Shown here piece after piece: positions 29,902-40,710 of a stretch of DNA of 64,000 bases. Where the stretch lies: positions 1 to 64,000 of the IMG/VR virus record IMGVR_UViG_3300020050_009224. One strand, written 5' to 3'. A program made the position numbers and the translations under genes. The DNA comes from a virus (Duplodnaviria > Caudoviricetes). The notes under the pieces were generated by a model. It was not told where the DNA came from. It worked only from the letters and a program-made list of their open reading frames with translations, and did not search any database. Every line of letters starts with the position of its first letter. Positions within the stretch are counted from its first letter, which is position 1.

Positions 29902-31428
29902 TTACGCAAGTCTGAATTCCAGAATTGCATCAGGATCAGTTGCTACACAGCCAAAGTAATCTTTACCATGTACTTCAAATCCAGAAACTTTAGAAGCAAT
30001 CATGTTCATTCCATTAGCTCCACCCATTTTATAAGGACAACCAAGACCTGGGATAAAGCCCATTTCAAGTTTAGTACCTTGTGGTCTAAGTCTATAAACA
30101 CCATTAGAGCTAATATCAGAACCATCTGCCATTACATAGAATGTATAAGATTCTTTGTTACCATAACCAGAAGCTGCCATTTTAGGGAAGAAACTTACGT
30201 CATCTAACCAGTCTGCAATGTAAACTTCAAACTCCAATCCATTAGCACCTGTTACATAACCTGTATTTTGGTAGCCATATTTAATTGGGTTAGGAGTACC
30301 AGTGTTACTAGCATTTCCAGGATTCTGATAAAGATTAGAAAGAATAGCAGGAGAAGCTCCATTAGTCTTTCTTTGTACTGCATCATGGAAAGCTCTAGCA
30401 CCCCATTCTCCAGTTACCAATTTAACTTTTCTATTAGATCTAGATCTTTTCTGAATTTGTTTAGCGAAAATAAAGTCAGTCAAGAAATCTAAGTCAAAAG
30501 AAGCATACTCTTGAGAGTTACCTGGAGCAATAGATTGGAATAGACCATCTACTGTTGGAATACTAAATCCATTAGTATCTTTCAATCCATAAACTCTACC
30601 AGAGCTATCCCAGTTCCTTTTAGAATACAAAGAACCTTTAGCTTTCATTACTTCAAAGAAACTCATAGCTGCAAGACCTACTGCATCCACATAAGGATTA
30701 ATTTCTGCGATTTGACCAGTTTTCATATTAGGTACATAGAATGGAATTCTCAAATCCATATTTTTACCAATATCCTTCATTTCAGAAGATACCTGATATT
30801 CAAATCTACCTTTACCCATCTTAGTTGCCATTTGATAAGTAGAAGTCATCCATCCATTAACACCTCTGTAATCAAAGTGCTCAGGGCCTGTTACACTTAC
30901 AGGAGAGAATCTGCTGTTAATTGCAATTTCATCCAATGGAACTTTAGCACTTTCATTAGTGTAAACACTTTGTACAGTATAAACTGTACCTGAAGCAGTC
31001 TCAGCTACATTGTTGATGATAAACTGGTAATTACCTGATTCATTCTTAATTTGCAAAGTGTGTGAAAACAAAGCTTTGTCAAATTTAAAATAAAGAGGTT
31101 CTTGAACAGAAGGTGCTACAGTCAAAGTACCAGCACTAAGGCTATTACCATTAACGTCTTCAACGTCTTTCAATACACAGTTTTGTGCTCCTTTACCTTG
31201 GACATCCCAGTGGAACATTTCATTTACTGTACCTGGAGCTTGAATTTCAGGCAAAGATTGGTAGAAGCTATATAAAGCCATATCAGGATCATTTCCCCAC
31301 AGTTGTACCATGTTTTTCTGTAGAAATCTGGGTTCCCTCATAAGTAGCTCATACAGCGAATTTTCAAAAAGCATTTGGCCTTTAAAATCTCTGGCCTCGT
31401 ACTTTTGTAAGTGATGTAATTTACTCAT
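29902..31428 (-). CDS. Major capsid protein
   Basis: 508 aa; DGLFQSI, LVTGEWGARAFHDAV and GFIPGL..P motifs as in crAss-like MCPs; synteny after portal and scaffold. Confidence 0.88.
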   Translation of the reverse strand: MSKLHHLQKYEARDFKGQMLFENSLYELLMREPRFLQKNMVQLWGNDPDMALYSFYQSLPEIQAPGTVNEMFHWDVQGKGAQNCVLKDVEDVNGNSLSAGTLTVAPSVQEPLYFKFDKALFSHTLQIKNESGNYQFIINNVAETASGTVYTVQSVYTNESAKVPLDEIAINSRFSPVSVTGPEHFDYRGVNGWMTSTYQMATKMGKGRFEYQVSSEMKDIGKNMDLRIPFYVPNMKTGQIAEINPYVDAVGLAAMSFFEVMKAKGSLYSKRNWDSSGRVYGLKDTNGFSIPTVDGLFQSIAPGNSQEYASFDLDFLTDFIFAKQIQKRSRSNRKVKLVTGEWGARAFHDAVQRKTNGASPAILSNLYQNPGNASNTGTPNPIKYGYQNTGYVTGANGLEFEVYIADWLDDVSFFPKMAASGYGNKESYTFYVMADGSDISSNGVYRLRPQGTKLEMGFIPGLGCPYKMGGANGMNMIASKVSGFEVHGKDYFGCVATDPDAILEFRLA

Positions 31429-31448
31429 AATTTATTATTTGTTTTTAA

Positions 31449-32552
31449 TTAATAACCCAGACTCTTCATTACATCAGCCATATTTCCTTGACCATCTGCA
31501 ATTCCTACCTTGCCTATAGTTTGACCTTCTGTAATTAAACTGTCGAGTTTACGTTCAATCTTTTTTCTTTCCAACGTAGAAAATTTACTAAAGTCTGGTT
31601 CAATTTTACCAGTTTTAGTATTTTCTTTAAATACATCCATAGTGTTTAAAAACTCCATGATTGCATTAAATTGAGTTGGATATTTATGTTGTTTATAGGC
31701 AAGATCTGTATAAGACTTACCACCTTCTTTTCTAACTGTAGTTACAATGTTTTTCTTAACTAATTCTTTTTGTTCTTTAGTTAACTTAAAACCACCTATC
31801 TCTTCAAGTTTATCTACTTCTTTTAAGTAAGCATTAAACTCATCTTCAGCTTTTTTCTTATTCTTTTCCTGTTTAGATTGGCTATTTGTTTTAGCTGCTT
31901 CTATATGCTGATTATAAAAAGACTTAAGTTTATCTTTAGATTTAGCTCCAAGTTCTTCGAGTTTAGCAAGAGCTTTAGCTTGTTCTACATATTCATTTGC
32001 TTCAGCTTCAGACATTTTTCTAACAGTCATAAGTTCGTCTTTATATAAAGCTGCTTGTACATCTTCATCTTCCAAATCTTTTTCACTAAGACTTTCAAGT
32101 TCTTTAATAGAATCTATAATTGCCAAAGCTTGTACTTCATCATCATAGTAATCTTTTACTTCTAAGAACCGTTTAACGTGGGGATTAGCATTTTCAAACT
32201 TAGCATCAATTCCTTTTTTAATACCAGATTGAATAATTAATTCATCTATCGCATTAAGTACATCATCTGCATCTTCAAATTTGAGATCTTTAGGAATTTC
32301 TATTCCTTTTCTAGATGCAAATTCTTCAAAAAATACTTGGTATTTATTTTCACTTCCTGTAGAATTACCTTGATTATTTTCTGAACCAGTATTAGTTTTA
32401 AATTCTTTTTCGAATTCTAGATCATCATCTTCAGTAATAATACCATTTCCTGGAACTTTAGTTTTATCCTCAACTTTATTTCCTGGAACTACGAATCCTT
32501 CTAAATCATCTTTAGTGAATTCAATGTTATTAAAAAAATCATTTCTTGCCAT
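31449..32552 (-). CDS. Putative scaffold protein (crAss gene-77-like)
   Basis: Acidic coiled-coil protein between portal and MCP. Confidence 0.7.
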   Translation of the reverse strand: MARNDFFNNIEFTKDDLEGFVVPGNKVEDKTKVPGNGIITEDDDLEFEKEFKTNTGSENNQGNSTGSENKYQVFFEEFASRKGIEIPKDLKFEDADDVLNAIDELIIQSGIKKGIDAKFENANPHVKRFLEVKDYYDDEVQALAIIDSIKELESLSEKDLEDEDVQAALYKDELMTVRKMSEAEANEYVEQAKALAKLEELGAKSKDKLKSFYNQHIEAAKTNSQSKQEKNKKKAEDEFNAYLKEVDKLEEIGGFKLTKEQKELVKKNIVTTVRKEGGKSYTDLAYKQHKYPTQFNAIMEFLNTMDVFKENTKTGKIEPDFSKFSTLERKKIERKLDSLITEGQTIGKVGIADGQGNMADVMKSLGY

Positions 32553-32630
32553 TGTAATATATAATTTGTTGGTGTTGTAAAATTACACAATTTTTGTGTA
32601 GGTTATAAACTTTTTTTGTGTTACTGCTTA

Positions 32631-35039
32631 TCACTTAGTAGAAGAAGGCTTTCTTTTTTGAATTCTTGCTATAGAATTCTTCTCTGCTTCTAATTTTTCT
32701 TTAGTTTTATTATGCCTAATTGTCTCATTTAATTGTCCTTGTCTAATATTTAGGTCTACTAAATCAGTTTCATTATCATCAATTAGTTCAGGTTCTTCTG
32801 TATTATTTTCTTGAGTGGTTAAAGCTACATAAGTTCTTTGATCAATATCATATTTTTTAATTTCAAGCTCAGCTTCTTTCATAGCTATCTCATGCTCTCT
32901 TTGTTTATCCTTTTCTTGGATTTGCAACATCATAAGTTCTTTTTGAGAAGCTTCAGCTTGTTGTTGTAATTTCTGATCTCTTTCAGCTTTTTCTTTTTCT
33001 CTTTCTCTAAACTCAGTTTTAATTTTTTGAATACTGTTGCTAGTAGTAGCTAAAAGCATAGACATATCTACATTACCTTGTGCAATACCATTATCTAAAG
33101 CCTGTTCAAACCTAGCCATTAATTTAGTATCCTCATTAGAATTAGATACATTTATATCAAATTCACATTCAGCTAAATCATCACAAGATTGTAAAAATTC
33201 TTGGGCCATATCATTTAAAAAATAAGAGCCCGCTATAGGATTATCCCTGTGGAATAATTTAATTACTTCTACAAATTTCTTAAGGCAAATTCTTCTTACA
33301 TTTTCTTCTAGTTTAAACTGCATTTCAGTAGCTTTCTGAAACTGAGCCATTTCAAACTGAGTATTCCTAACAGCTTGTCTTTCACCTATTTCTCCCATTC
33401 TAGATTCAGGGATACCACAAATACTACCCATAGTGTATTCCAAGGCTTGTAAATGCTGAGTCATAGTATTAATACCTTCATTGTTGTCTCCAAGACTAAT
33501 ATCTTGTGTAACCCAATTACTAATATTACCAGCTATTTTACCTTGAGCAGTACCTTTAAGAACCTCACTAGTAGGATCTAATAGTAAGATACCATCTATA
33601 CTTGCCATGTGAAGCCAAGTTTTAATATCCATATCAGCCCCTGCTGGAATCATAGCTGCGTTTACTCCTGCTACTTTTCCTTTATACGTAGCTAATAGAC
33701 AATCTCTTTTCCAATAAACTACATCATAGGATTTATCTAAATGCTTAATAGTATCATAAATAGATACATCTACTTCTAAGCCAATGATAGGTGGGAGCCC
33801 AGAACTTAAGTTAGTCATAGATTTACAACTAGCTTTAATTGGGCCACATTCTACAAATACATCAATACCTATTTTAGTACCTCTGCACCATTCATTAATC
33901 CAAAGCCATTTAATAGTTTCACCTTTAAACTTATCTGGAACATATCCTTCAGATACCCAGTCCATTATTTCAATCCCTGTATTAGGATCTGGATAAGTTA
34001 ACTTACCTAATTTTCTACGAGTTTTCCAAAAGACAGTAGTTACTAAAAGTTCATTGGCTTGAGTTCTTAAAGTTTTATCAAATACAGTACCTAGACCTAA
34101 GTCATTATATTTTATAGACTCACTGTAATGCTCTTGGTCATAAATGTCAGCTGGAATTACTTCAAATATATTTTGAGAATCATAAATTTTAGAAGTATTA
34201 AGTACACTTATGTTATTACCTACATAAGCCATTGAGTTCATATCCTCAATTTTTTGTCTATCTCCTTCTTTTAATTCATCCCAATAGTCATCGTATACCT
34301 GACCTATAGACTTATATTCTTCTACAATGATAATATCTTTTTCATGTATAAACTGAGTATTACCACCAATAGTAGTAACAGATAAAGGATTAAGTCTTCT
34401 AATTTCAGGTTTACCTCCAAAATCATCTATCCAATAAACAACCTTACCTTGAACTATAAAGTTTTTAAAACCTTCAGTAAATTTCAATAAAAAATCATCA
34501 TTAGCATAATAATAATTTAGTAGTTGGTTAATTACTAATTCTCGAATATCTTGGTAATCATATTGCATCCAAGTTTTAATTTCTTCAAGCTTGGCCTTGT
34601 AATATTCTTCAGTTATTTCTTTGGCTTCTAAAGCAGTAGTAACTACTTCAGTTAATTTATTGAATAATTGTGCTTTAAGATCTTGTTCTTTAGATGAAAT
34701 ACCATCTTGATCTTTATTTGAAATACTTGCTCTAAATTGCCATTTTCTACCAAGGTAATCTCCCAATAGAATATTGAGTTTAGAATTACCTATGCCTATA
34801 TGCCTTACTTGGACTGGATAAGCATTGGCTCCAAAATTAGAAGGGTCTACCCATTTGTCTAATGATCTTACATCTAGTATACCTAGGGACAAATTGTAAT
34901 TCTCAATTTGATTTCTCCAAGTATTTAGGTACGAAGAATCAGACCTAGTTAGATAACAGGCTGCTTCAATATTCTGTTTATACCACTCTTTAGTCTTCTT
35001 AATTTGTGGTAGTTTTTGCTCTGGTAGAGTCTTCGTCAT
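32631..35039 (-). CDS. Portal protein
   Basis: 802 aa; LPEQKLP..KKTKEW start, WLWINEW..GTKIG and GIPESRMGEI motifs; directly after the terminase. Confidence 0.9.
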   Translation of the reverse strand: MTKTLPEQKLPQIKKTKEWYKQNIEAACYLTRSDSSYLNTWRNQIENYNLSLGILDVRSLDKWVDPSNFGANAYPVQVRHIGIGNSKLNILLGDYLGRKWQFRASISNKDQDGISSKEQDLKAQLFNKLTEVVTTALEAKEITEEYYKAKLEEIKTWMQYDYQDIRELVINQLLNYYYANDDFLLKFTEGFKNFIVQGKVVYWIDDFGGKPEIRRLNPLSVTTIGGNTQFIHEKDIIIVEEYKSIGQVYDDYWDELKEGDRQKIEDMNSMAYVGNNISVLNTSKIYDSQNIFEVIPADIYDQEHYSESIKYNDLGLGTVFDKTLRTQANELLVTTVFWKTRRKLGKLTYPDPNTGIEIMDWVSEGYVPDKFKGETIKWLWINEWCRGTKIGIDVFVECGPIKASCKSMTNLSSGLPPIIGLEVDVSIYDTIKHLDKSYDVVYWKRDCLLATYKGKVAGVNAAMIPAGADMDIKTWLHMASIDGILLLDPTSEVLKGTAQGKIAGNISNWVTQDISLGDNNEGINTMTQHLQALEYTMGSICGIPESRMGEIGERQAVRNTQFEMAQFQKATEMQFKLEENVRRICLKKFVEVIKLFHRDNPIAGSYFLNDMAQEFLQSCDDLAECEFDINVSNSNEDTKLMARFEQALDNGIAQGNVDMSMLLATTSNSIQKIKTEFREREKEKAERDQKLQQQAEASQKELMMLQIQEKDKQREHEIAMKEAELEIKKYDIDQRTYVALTTQENNTEEPELIDDNETDLVDLNIRQGQLNETIRHNKTKEKLEAEKNSIARIQKRKPSSTK

Positions 35040-37272
35040 CTTTTATATTATACAAATTTACAAAACCTAATTCCTTTTTACGCATCTGAAAGTAGAGACT
35101 TGCATTATCTTTTAGTTTTTGGACATCATTATTTTTATTAGCCTTCATTGTAGTATCTTCATACAAAGCTAGCATTATCCAAGCTGAAAGACTGTCATAG
35201 TTACCATCTTCATTCCATTTAATCATTTCTTCTAAAACTTCTGGATCTTTAATAGTCTGATACATTAAAGCCTCTGTATTAGGGCCTTGTGGTCTTAAAA
35301 GCCATGAAGCTATGGAATTTAATCCATCTTCATTAATACCACCTTTTGAGGAACCAGTATTTCTAATTCCATAATTTCCTTGAGGAGCTCCATTTATATC
35401 TTCTTTAGATTTTAGAAGGACTGGAGTTTCAGCTAAATATTGTAAAGACCTTTCAGATTCCATATGTAAGAAAAATCCAACTAAGTTATTTTCATACATT
35501 CCTTTAGCATTATAAAATACTAAAAGTCTTCTAGCTTGTTCCCAGAAATATTTAGTGTCTCCTGTTCTTCCCATAAACTTAGCTACCATTCTTTGAGTCC
35601 AGGTATCTTTAATCCAGATACAAGGAAAAGATCTGCCTTTAACTTGGTCTACAGGGTCAATTCCTCCTATATATCTTCCTCTAGGTATTTCCCCCTCTAC
35701 ATCTACTGGAGCTTCCCACATTTGTACACAACCTATTTTTTCAGTGTCAGATCCATCAAAAGGAAATTCTGTAATAGGTTTATGTGCTACCGTATCTTCA
35801 AATATAAGTTTATCTCCATACCATTTTATATAACCATGTCTAGTTTTCAAATACTCATCATGTATTTTATATCCTTCATCTGGGCCTCCATGTAATAGAG
35901 CAGCATGATGTTGTTTTAATAAAGCAGCGGGGAACTTATTATTATCTTCAAGTAAGAAGCATTCACTAGGGACTAAAGGATTAGCAATCATATAAGCTTG
36001 TAATTGCTTATTATCTCCTTTTCTTTTTTCCCTTTCTTTCATTTCATTATCCAAAGCATACTCTCTTTTAGTATTAAGATTTTCATCTTTATATCTCATA
36101 GAAGTATCTGTGATAGGGAGAAAATATCCTATTTTACCTTTACCTTCATATTTATCTTCAAACACTAAACAATTATAAGCTTCTGGTTTTCCAAATAAAG
36201 CTTCTCCATATTTTGCATTTTTTCCTTTACCTAACTGTCCTCCAGTTCCTGCGTAGAGTGTAACATTATTCTTTCTAATTTTAGAAGCAGAAGATCCTTC
36301 TAATGTACCATGAATTTCAGATAGATATTTTACTAATCCAAACTCATCTATAAAAGAAAAGTTAGGTCTTAAAGAGTTGGCTGAAAGAGGAGTATCTCCA
36401 AATACCCTACTGAATAAAGAAGTACCCCAATCCGTATAAACTCCTTGAGCTGAACCTAATTTCCAATCACTACCTACTGCTATGGATTTTGAAATAGGAG
36501 AAGGATGGTATTTAGCACTATCTCCTGTACCTTCTACATAACTTCCTTTATAATGTTTAAAAGCTTTTTTTATGTATGTTAAAACAATATTTACATACTT
36601 AGTTTCTTCTGAACCTAGCAAAGTTGTAGATTTAGGAAATTCTCCTAATTTACATTTCTCAAGGTAGTAATCATAATCTGTTACCCCATCTGTAATAAAG
36701 TTATGTGCTCCTAATACAGAGCCAATTACACTTTTACCAAATCCCCTACCGCCTAATATTACATAGTTTTTAGCATCATTAAGATAAATAGCTTTTCCTG
36801 GATCTGATAAATTTTGCCTAATTACTTCATAAGCTGGTTTATAAAGTTTCCTTGTTCCTTCTTTTGTGAATAGATTATCATATATTTTTTGAACATATTT
36901 ACCTCCTACTGTACATCTACTGACTAAATCTTCATCTGTTAATTTTTCCAGTAGTAATTTGTTACAGGAATACTCTAAATTTGAAAAGCCAGAAAATCCC
37001 CTAGCTTCTTCAAAGTTATAATAAATATCCCAATCTATATCTCTAATAGAAGGTAACCCTAAAGACTGATTACCTTCTACATCTTCTAGATCTATATTAT
37101 GAAAATTAGTTCCATACCACAGAGGGCCTGGGCACCATTTTCCTGCTTGTCTATCTCCTTCAATAATCTTTCTTCTAACTTTACTCCAAAAGTCTATCCT
37201 TTCTACTTTTTGGAAAGTAGGGCTATAATTTGGAACTTCACCTAGTTTAAAAAGACTATTGTTTATTAACAT
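34999..37272 (-). CDS. terL: Terminase large subunit
   Basis: Walker A GGRGFGKS, Walker B FIDEFG, coupling motif GTGG, RNase H-like nuclease GGIDPVD...GNYD. Confidence 0.95.
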   Translation of the reverse strand: MLINNSLFKLGEVPNYSPTFQKVERIDFWSKVRRKIIEGDRQAGKWCPGPLWYGTNFHNIDLEDVEGNQSLGLPSIRDIDWDIYYNFEEARGFSGFSNLEYSCNKLLLEKLTDEDLVSRCTVGGKYVQKIYDNLFTKEGTRKLYKPAYEVIRQNLSDPGKAIYLNDAKNYVILGGRGFGKSVIGSVLGAHNFITDGVTDYDYYLEKCKLGEFPKSTTLLGSEETKYVNIVLTYIKKAFKHYKGSYVEGTGDSAKYHPSPISKSIAVGSDWKLGSAQGVYTDWGTSLFSRVFGDTPLSANSLRPNFSFIDEFGLVKYLSEIHGTLEGSSASKIRKNNVTLYAGTGGQLGKGKNAKYGEALFGKPEAYNCLVFEDKYEGKGKIGYFLPITDTSMRYKDENLNTKREYALDNEMKEREKRKGDNKQLQAYMIANPLVPSECFLLEDNNKFPAALLKQHHAALLHGGPDEGYKIHDEYLKTRHGYIKWYGDKLIFEDTVAHKPITEFPFDGSDTEKIGCVQMWEAPVDVEGEIPRGRYIGGIDPVDQVKGRSFPCIWIKDTWTQRMVAKFMGRTGDTKYFWEQARRLLVFYNAKGMYENNLVGFFLHMESERSLQYLAETPVLLKSKEDINGAPQGNYGIRNTGSSKGGINEDGLNSIASWLLRPQGPNTEALMYQTIKDPEVLEEMIKWNEDGNYDSLSAWIMLALYEDTTMKANKNNDVQKLKDNASLYFQMRKKELGFVNLYNIKDDEDSTRAKTTTN

Positions 37273-37751
37273 TATACTGTAGTTAAAATAATTGGGTGTC
37301 TAATCCATTCTTTAAATTTCTGCAAAGCTTCATAAGGATCTTTAGCAAAAATACTTTTATCTCCATTTTCTGGATGGGAGTAAATGTACTCCATATTTTC
37401 AGATTCACCTACTTCTTTAGAACTAGTCAGTTTATACCCTTTTGTAATTAGATCTACTTTTACAATTGATTTAGATTCAACGTCATGGAAGTAAATTCCA
37501 AACATTGGTTTAAATCTTTTATCAAAATCTTCAGCTGAATAACTTATTTCCTTGTGCTCTTTCAAATCTAAAGTTTCAAGAATCTTACTTAATGTGAATG
37601 TAAAGAGATCTTCTTGGCCTTGTAATTCTTTCATCATCATGTTCATACTAGATCCTATCTGATGAAAAATAGAATCATTTTCTTTTTTATTTTTTTCAAA
37701 AGCTGCACCTAGTCCATTTAGGCTCCAGCTTGCTTGGTTATTGTTACTCAT
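37272..37751 (-). CDS. Hypothetical protein
   Basis: 159-aa ORF coupled to terL. Confidence 0.65.
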   Translation of the reverse strand: MSNNNQASWSLNGLGAAFEKNKKENDSIFHQIGSSMNMMMKELQGQEDLFTFTLSKILETLDLKEHKEISYSAEDFDKRFKPMFGIYFHDVESKSIVKVDLITKGYKLTSSKEVGESENMEYIYSHPENGDKSIFAKDPYEALQKFKEWIRHPIILTTV

Positions 37752-37765
37752 TTTTATTTGTTGGT

Positions 37766-38281
37766 TTATATTTGGCCTCCATCAGCCAATGATTTATTTT
37801 TATCTTCTGTTTTTCCTTTGTCTTCAGCTTCTAACTGTTCTTTAATTCTAGCTAACTCTACATATAATTTAGGAGTTTTAGCAGCCATATCTTCAGCTAA
37901 ATCTATTCTTTTTATATCTTCTTCTTTTAGATAATCTATACTCCTTACAAAATCTTCTCTTTTATACATATGTTCACACCAAAATAAATAGGATTTTTCT
38001 GGGACTGTTAAAACTGTTTCTTTGAACTGATTAATAGTGTCTTTGTATTTGTCCCAGTTAAGCTTTTCATCTTTCATAATACTTTTCTTAACTTCTTCCC
38101 ATTTATTCCTAACAGAGAAAATAGGAGATTTAGGATGTGTACAAAAGCTAATAGCCCACATAAGATTACTAGAATCTACTTTAGATTTAGATTTATCTTT
38201 TTCATAAAGGTTTCTAAAATATTCAAGTATAAGCATGTGCTTATTTAAACCCCAATAATTTTCAGTATGGTCAAAATTCAT
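37766..38281 (-). CDS. Conserved protein upstream of terL (terminase small subunit candidate)
   Basis: 171 aa, helical, YEKDKSKSK motif; TerS role inferred from position only. Confidence 0.45.
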   Translation of the reverse strand: MNFDHTENYWGLNKHMLILEYFRNLYEKDKSKSKVDSSNLMWAISFCTHPKSPIFSVRNKWEEVKKSIMKDEKLNWDKYKDTINQFKETVLTVPEKSYLFWCEHMYKREDFVRSIDYLKEEDIKRIDLAEDMAAKTPKLYVELARIKEQLEAEDKGKTEDKNKSLADGGQI

Positions 38282-38283
38282 AA

Positions 38284-38586
38284 TTAGTTAGCGTCTTTTG
38301 TAATATCTGGAGTTATAGCAATAGTTTGAAATCCCACAGGTTTATCTTCTTCCATATCTACTCCTATTAATTCTTCTTCTGTGAACCAATCTGTTTTATC
38401 TATAAAGCTTACTAAGTAAGTTATCATATCTTTTTTAAAACTATAACTCATATCAAGTACAATACCATTATTACCTTCAATGTTGTTTAATGTGTTTACA
38501 GTAGAAGCTACTATATCTAGTGGTTCAAACTCAGTATTAAAGGTCTTCCATTTCTTCTCCCCGTCCTTCTTCATTTTTACTATCAT
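38284..38586 (-). CDS. Hypothetical protein
   Basis: 100-aa ORF in operon. Confidence 0.55.
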   Translation of the reverse strand: MIVKMKKDGEKKWKTFNTEFEPLDIVASTVNTLNNIEGNNGIVLDMSYSFKKDMITYLVSFIDKTDWFTEEELIGVDMEEDKPVGFQTIAITPDITKDAN

Positions 38587-38836
38587 AATCAGGATTGTAT
38601 TTTTCTTTTAATCTTTTTTGCATTAAAGGCATAAATTTTCCAAAATGTGGAAAGTATATTACTTGCCATTTTTCTTCTATTGCACTAGATATAAATTTTC
38701 CAAAGCTAGATTGAAAGTTAAGCACGTCTACTATTTTCAAACCATATTTTTCAGCTAATTTTCTAGTAAGCTCAACTTGAGATTTTGAAAATTTATTTCC
38801 CTGGTTGTATGATTTGAAATCTGAACTGTAATCCAT
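38537..38836 (-). CDS. HU/IHF-like DNA-binding protein
   Basis: LAEKYGL...IYFPHFGKF pattern. Confidence 0.6.
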   Translation of the reverse strand: MDYSSDFKSYNQGNKFSKSQVELTRKLAEKYGLKIVDVLNFQSSFGKFISSAIEEKWQVIYFPHFGKFMPLMQKRLKEKYNPDYDSKNEEGRGEEMEDL

Positions 38837-39209
38837 TTCTGTTTATTTTATCTAATATAGGATTTAATATTCCATTATTGTACAAAGGCAGTCTATTAAA
38901 CCATAAAACTTTCTGAGCCACTCTAGTTAGTACATTATTAAAGTTTGCATAATCAAGTTCTAACGTCTCTCTAATAGTCTTTTTAGAGTCTGATGAATGG
39001 ATTAGCTTAGCTCTATAAGCCAATTCTACACTGCTGTACTTTTCATTCAACTTCATAATCTCTGCTAAAACATCTAGTTCTCTAGGAGTTAGGTGATTAG
39101 ACATATACTTATTTTTATCGTCCAATAATCCTATGTAAGAGTTTAAGCTGAGTAAGTAGGCGTAATGTAAAGTTTCTTCTGTTGTTGGTATTTGAAATAT
39201 TGCATCCAT
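38793..39209 (-). CDS. Putative HTH DNA-binding protein
   Basis: LTPRELDVLAEI...IRETLELDYANFNNVLTR. Confidence 0.5.
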   Translation of the reverse strand: MDAIFQIPTTEETLHYAYLLSLNSYIGLLDDKNKYMSNHLTPRELDVLAEIMKLNEKYSSVELAYRAKLIHSSDSKKTIRETLELDYANFNNVLTRVAQKVLWFNRLPLYNNGILNPILDKINRNGLQFRFQIIQPGK

Positions 39210-39383
39210 TTATTTTATGGCAAATGAGAATCCTTTTTCACCCTCATATTCCATATCTGTTATATTTACTTCTGTATGTTTTAAAGTACTTACTTCTTTA
39301 TGAAGTCTCCAGTATTTTGTCAATGATTCCATATCTGGAAACCAAAGTTTAAGTAAGTACTCTCCTTTTGGTACTATTTTCAT
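39210..39383 (-). CDS. Hypothetical 57-aa protein (not in ORF track)
   Basis: MKIVPKGEYLLKLWFPD...FAIK*; stop abuts the next ATG. Confidence 0.55.
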   Translation of the reverse strand: MKIVPKGEYLLKLWFPDMESLTKYWRLHKEVSTLKHTEVNITDMEYEGEKGFSFAIK

Positions 39384-39396
39384 ATTTTAATTTTAG

Positions 39397-39470
<74 letters not shown>

Positions 39471-39588
39471 ATTAAGGGAGTTTTTAATTCCCTATAATTT
39501 ATTTATTTAAGCTTCTCATTCAACATCTAATATCTTACTTGGGGTTGTAGGAAGCTGGAACAAATATAAGTCAAAAATTCTAATTATT

Positions 39589-39828
39589 CTAATCTTTCCA
39601 AGTTAGTGCTTTAACCATCCACATTTGAGCTCCTTGAAGTTCTGTAATAGCAATTGAGGCTAGCCTTTTTGCTTCTTGTGTAGTTTCAAGATTATTTCTA
39701 AAATCATTCATTTGATTAATAGCTTCTGCTAGTTTGGTTTTAGCTTGAGCTACTGTATCTAGATTACTTGGGTTAAAAGTAATTCCTACTGCTTTTTCTC
39801 CGTATGTTGTTTCCATTTTATGCTTCAT
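39589..39828 (-). CDS. Acb2/Tad1-like helical-hairpin protein (candidate cyclic-nucleotide sponge)
   Basis: C-terminal RLASIAITELQGAQMWMVKALT matches the R..S.A.T.L....MW..KA signature. Confidence 0.65.
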   Translation of the reverse strand: MKHKMETTYGEKAVGITFNPSNLDTVAQAKTKLAEAINQMNDFRNNLETTQEAKRLASIAITELQGAQMWMVKALTWKD

Positions 39829-40090
39829 TTGTATTTGAATTTTCTTCTGTTGCTCTAATTAGATTTGGATGTTTAATATTAGTGGCTTCTTCTAATTCTA
39901 TGAAAGTCATTCTCATTTTAAGTATCTTATAATAAGTCATCATAGTGGGTAATTGGATATTAAGCAAGTCTAATTGTATTGGATCTAGCTTAGAGCTGGC
40001 TTCTTTGTTTTTTAGAAAAGTATCTAACCCATTAATTTTATCTGCTAGTTGATCTTGTTCTAATACTAATCTTTCTTTAAATGTACTCAT
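39818..40090 (-). CDS. crAss001_48-like small helical protein
   Basis: ERLVLEQDQL..KI..L..FL...LL..QL..M..Y..IL..R pattern. Confidence 0.65.
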   Translation of the reverse strand: MSTFKERLVLEQDQLADKINGLDTFLKNKEASSKLDPIQLDLLNIQLPTMMTYYKILKMRMTFIELEEATNIKHPNLIRATEENSNTNEA

Positions 40091-40147
40091 TCTTCTGTTT
40101 TGTTTTTATGTTTAATTTTCTTTCTTTTATCTTCAAATCTTTGGTTT

Positions 40148-40441
40148 TTATAGCGGTGAGTCCAAAGAGTTCTGATTTTCTTTATTTTCTTTAGTTTCTT
40201 CTTTTTCATTTTCTATTAATGGATATACTTGTTTAGTAGTACCCATTTTCTCTTCTAGTACTTTTTTAAACCATTCTACAAAATTAGTAGAGTTTGTTCT
40301 AATATGTACATGATTAGGAACTTCTTCTGGAGGTATTGTTTTACTATATATTATATCTCCTATAGCTCCCTCTACTGCAAATTGTAGCATAAGAGGATTA
40401 TTTATTTTTTCTTGTTTTAAACTTTCGTTGGTTATATTCAT
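40148..40441 (-). CDS. Hypothetical protein
   Basis: 97-aa ORF in operon. Confidence 0.55.
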   Translation of the reverse strand: MNITNESLKQEKINNPLMLQFAVEGAIGDIIYSKTIPPEEVPNHVHIRTNSTNFVEWFKKVLEEKMGTTKQVYPLIENEKEETKENKENQNSLDSPL

Positions 40442-40710
40442 TGTTCTTTAAATTTTAGTTTTATATTAAAAGTATAAGTTCCACCATTAGTCATTTCATA
40501 AACTATCGTGTCTCCTTCTTCTGTTAAACTTTTAGTAGTATCCATAATAGAAGGAATTATTTTTCTAAAAATGCTACTTAAATCCATTCTATTTTGTAAG
40601 GCTTCTTCTTTTAATTCTCTAATAATGGTTTCTTCTATAATCATTCTAAGATCAGAATTTTTATCTAATACTTTAATAAATTCTAAAGCTTTATCTAATG
40701 GTATTATCAT
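40438..40710 (-). CDS. Hypothetical protein
   Basis: 90-aa ORF, ATGA-coupled to the next gene. Confidence 0.55.
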   Translation of the reverse strand: MIIPLDKALEFIKVLDKNSDLRMIIEETIIRELKEEALQNRMDLSSIFRKIIPSIMDTTKSLTEEGDTIVYEMTNGGTYTFNIKLKFKEQ

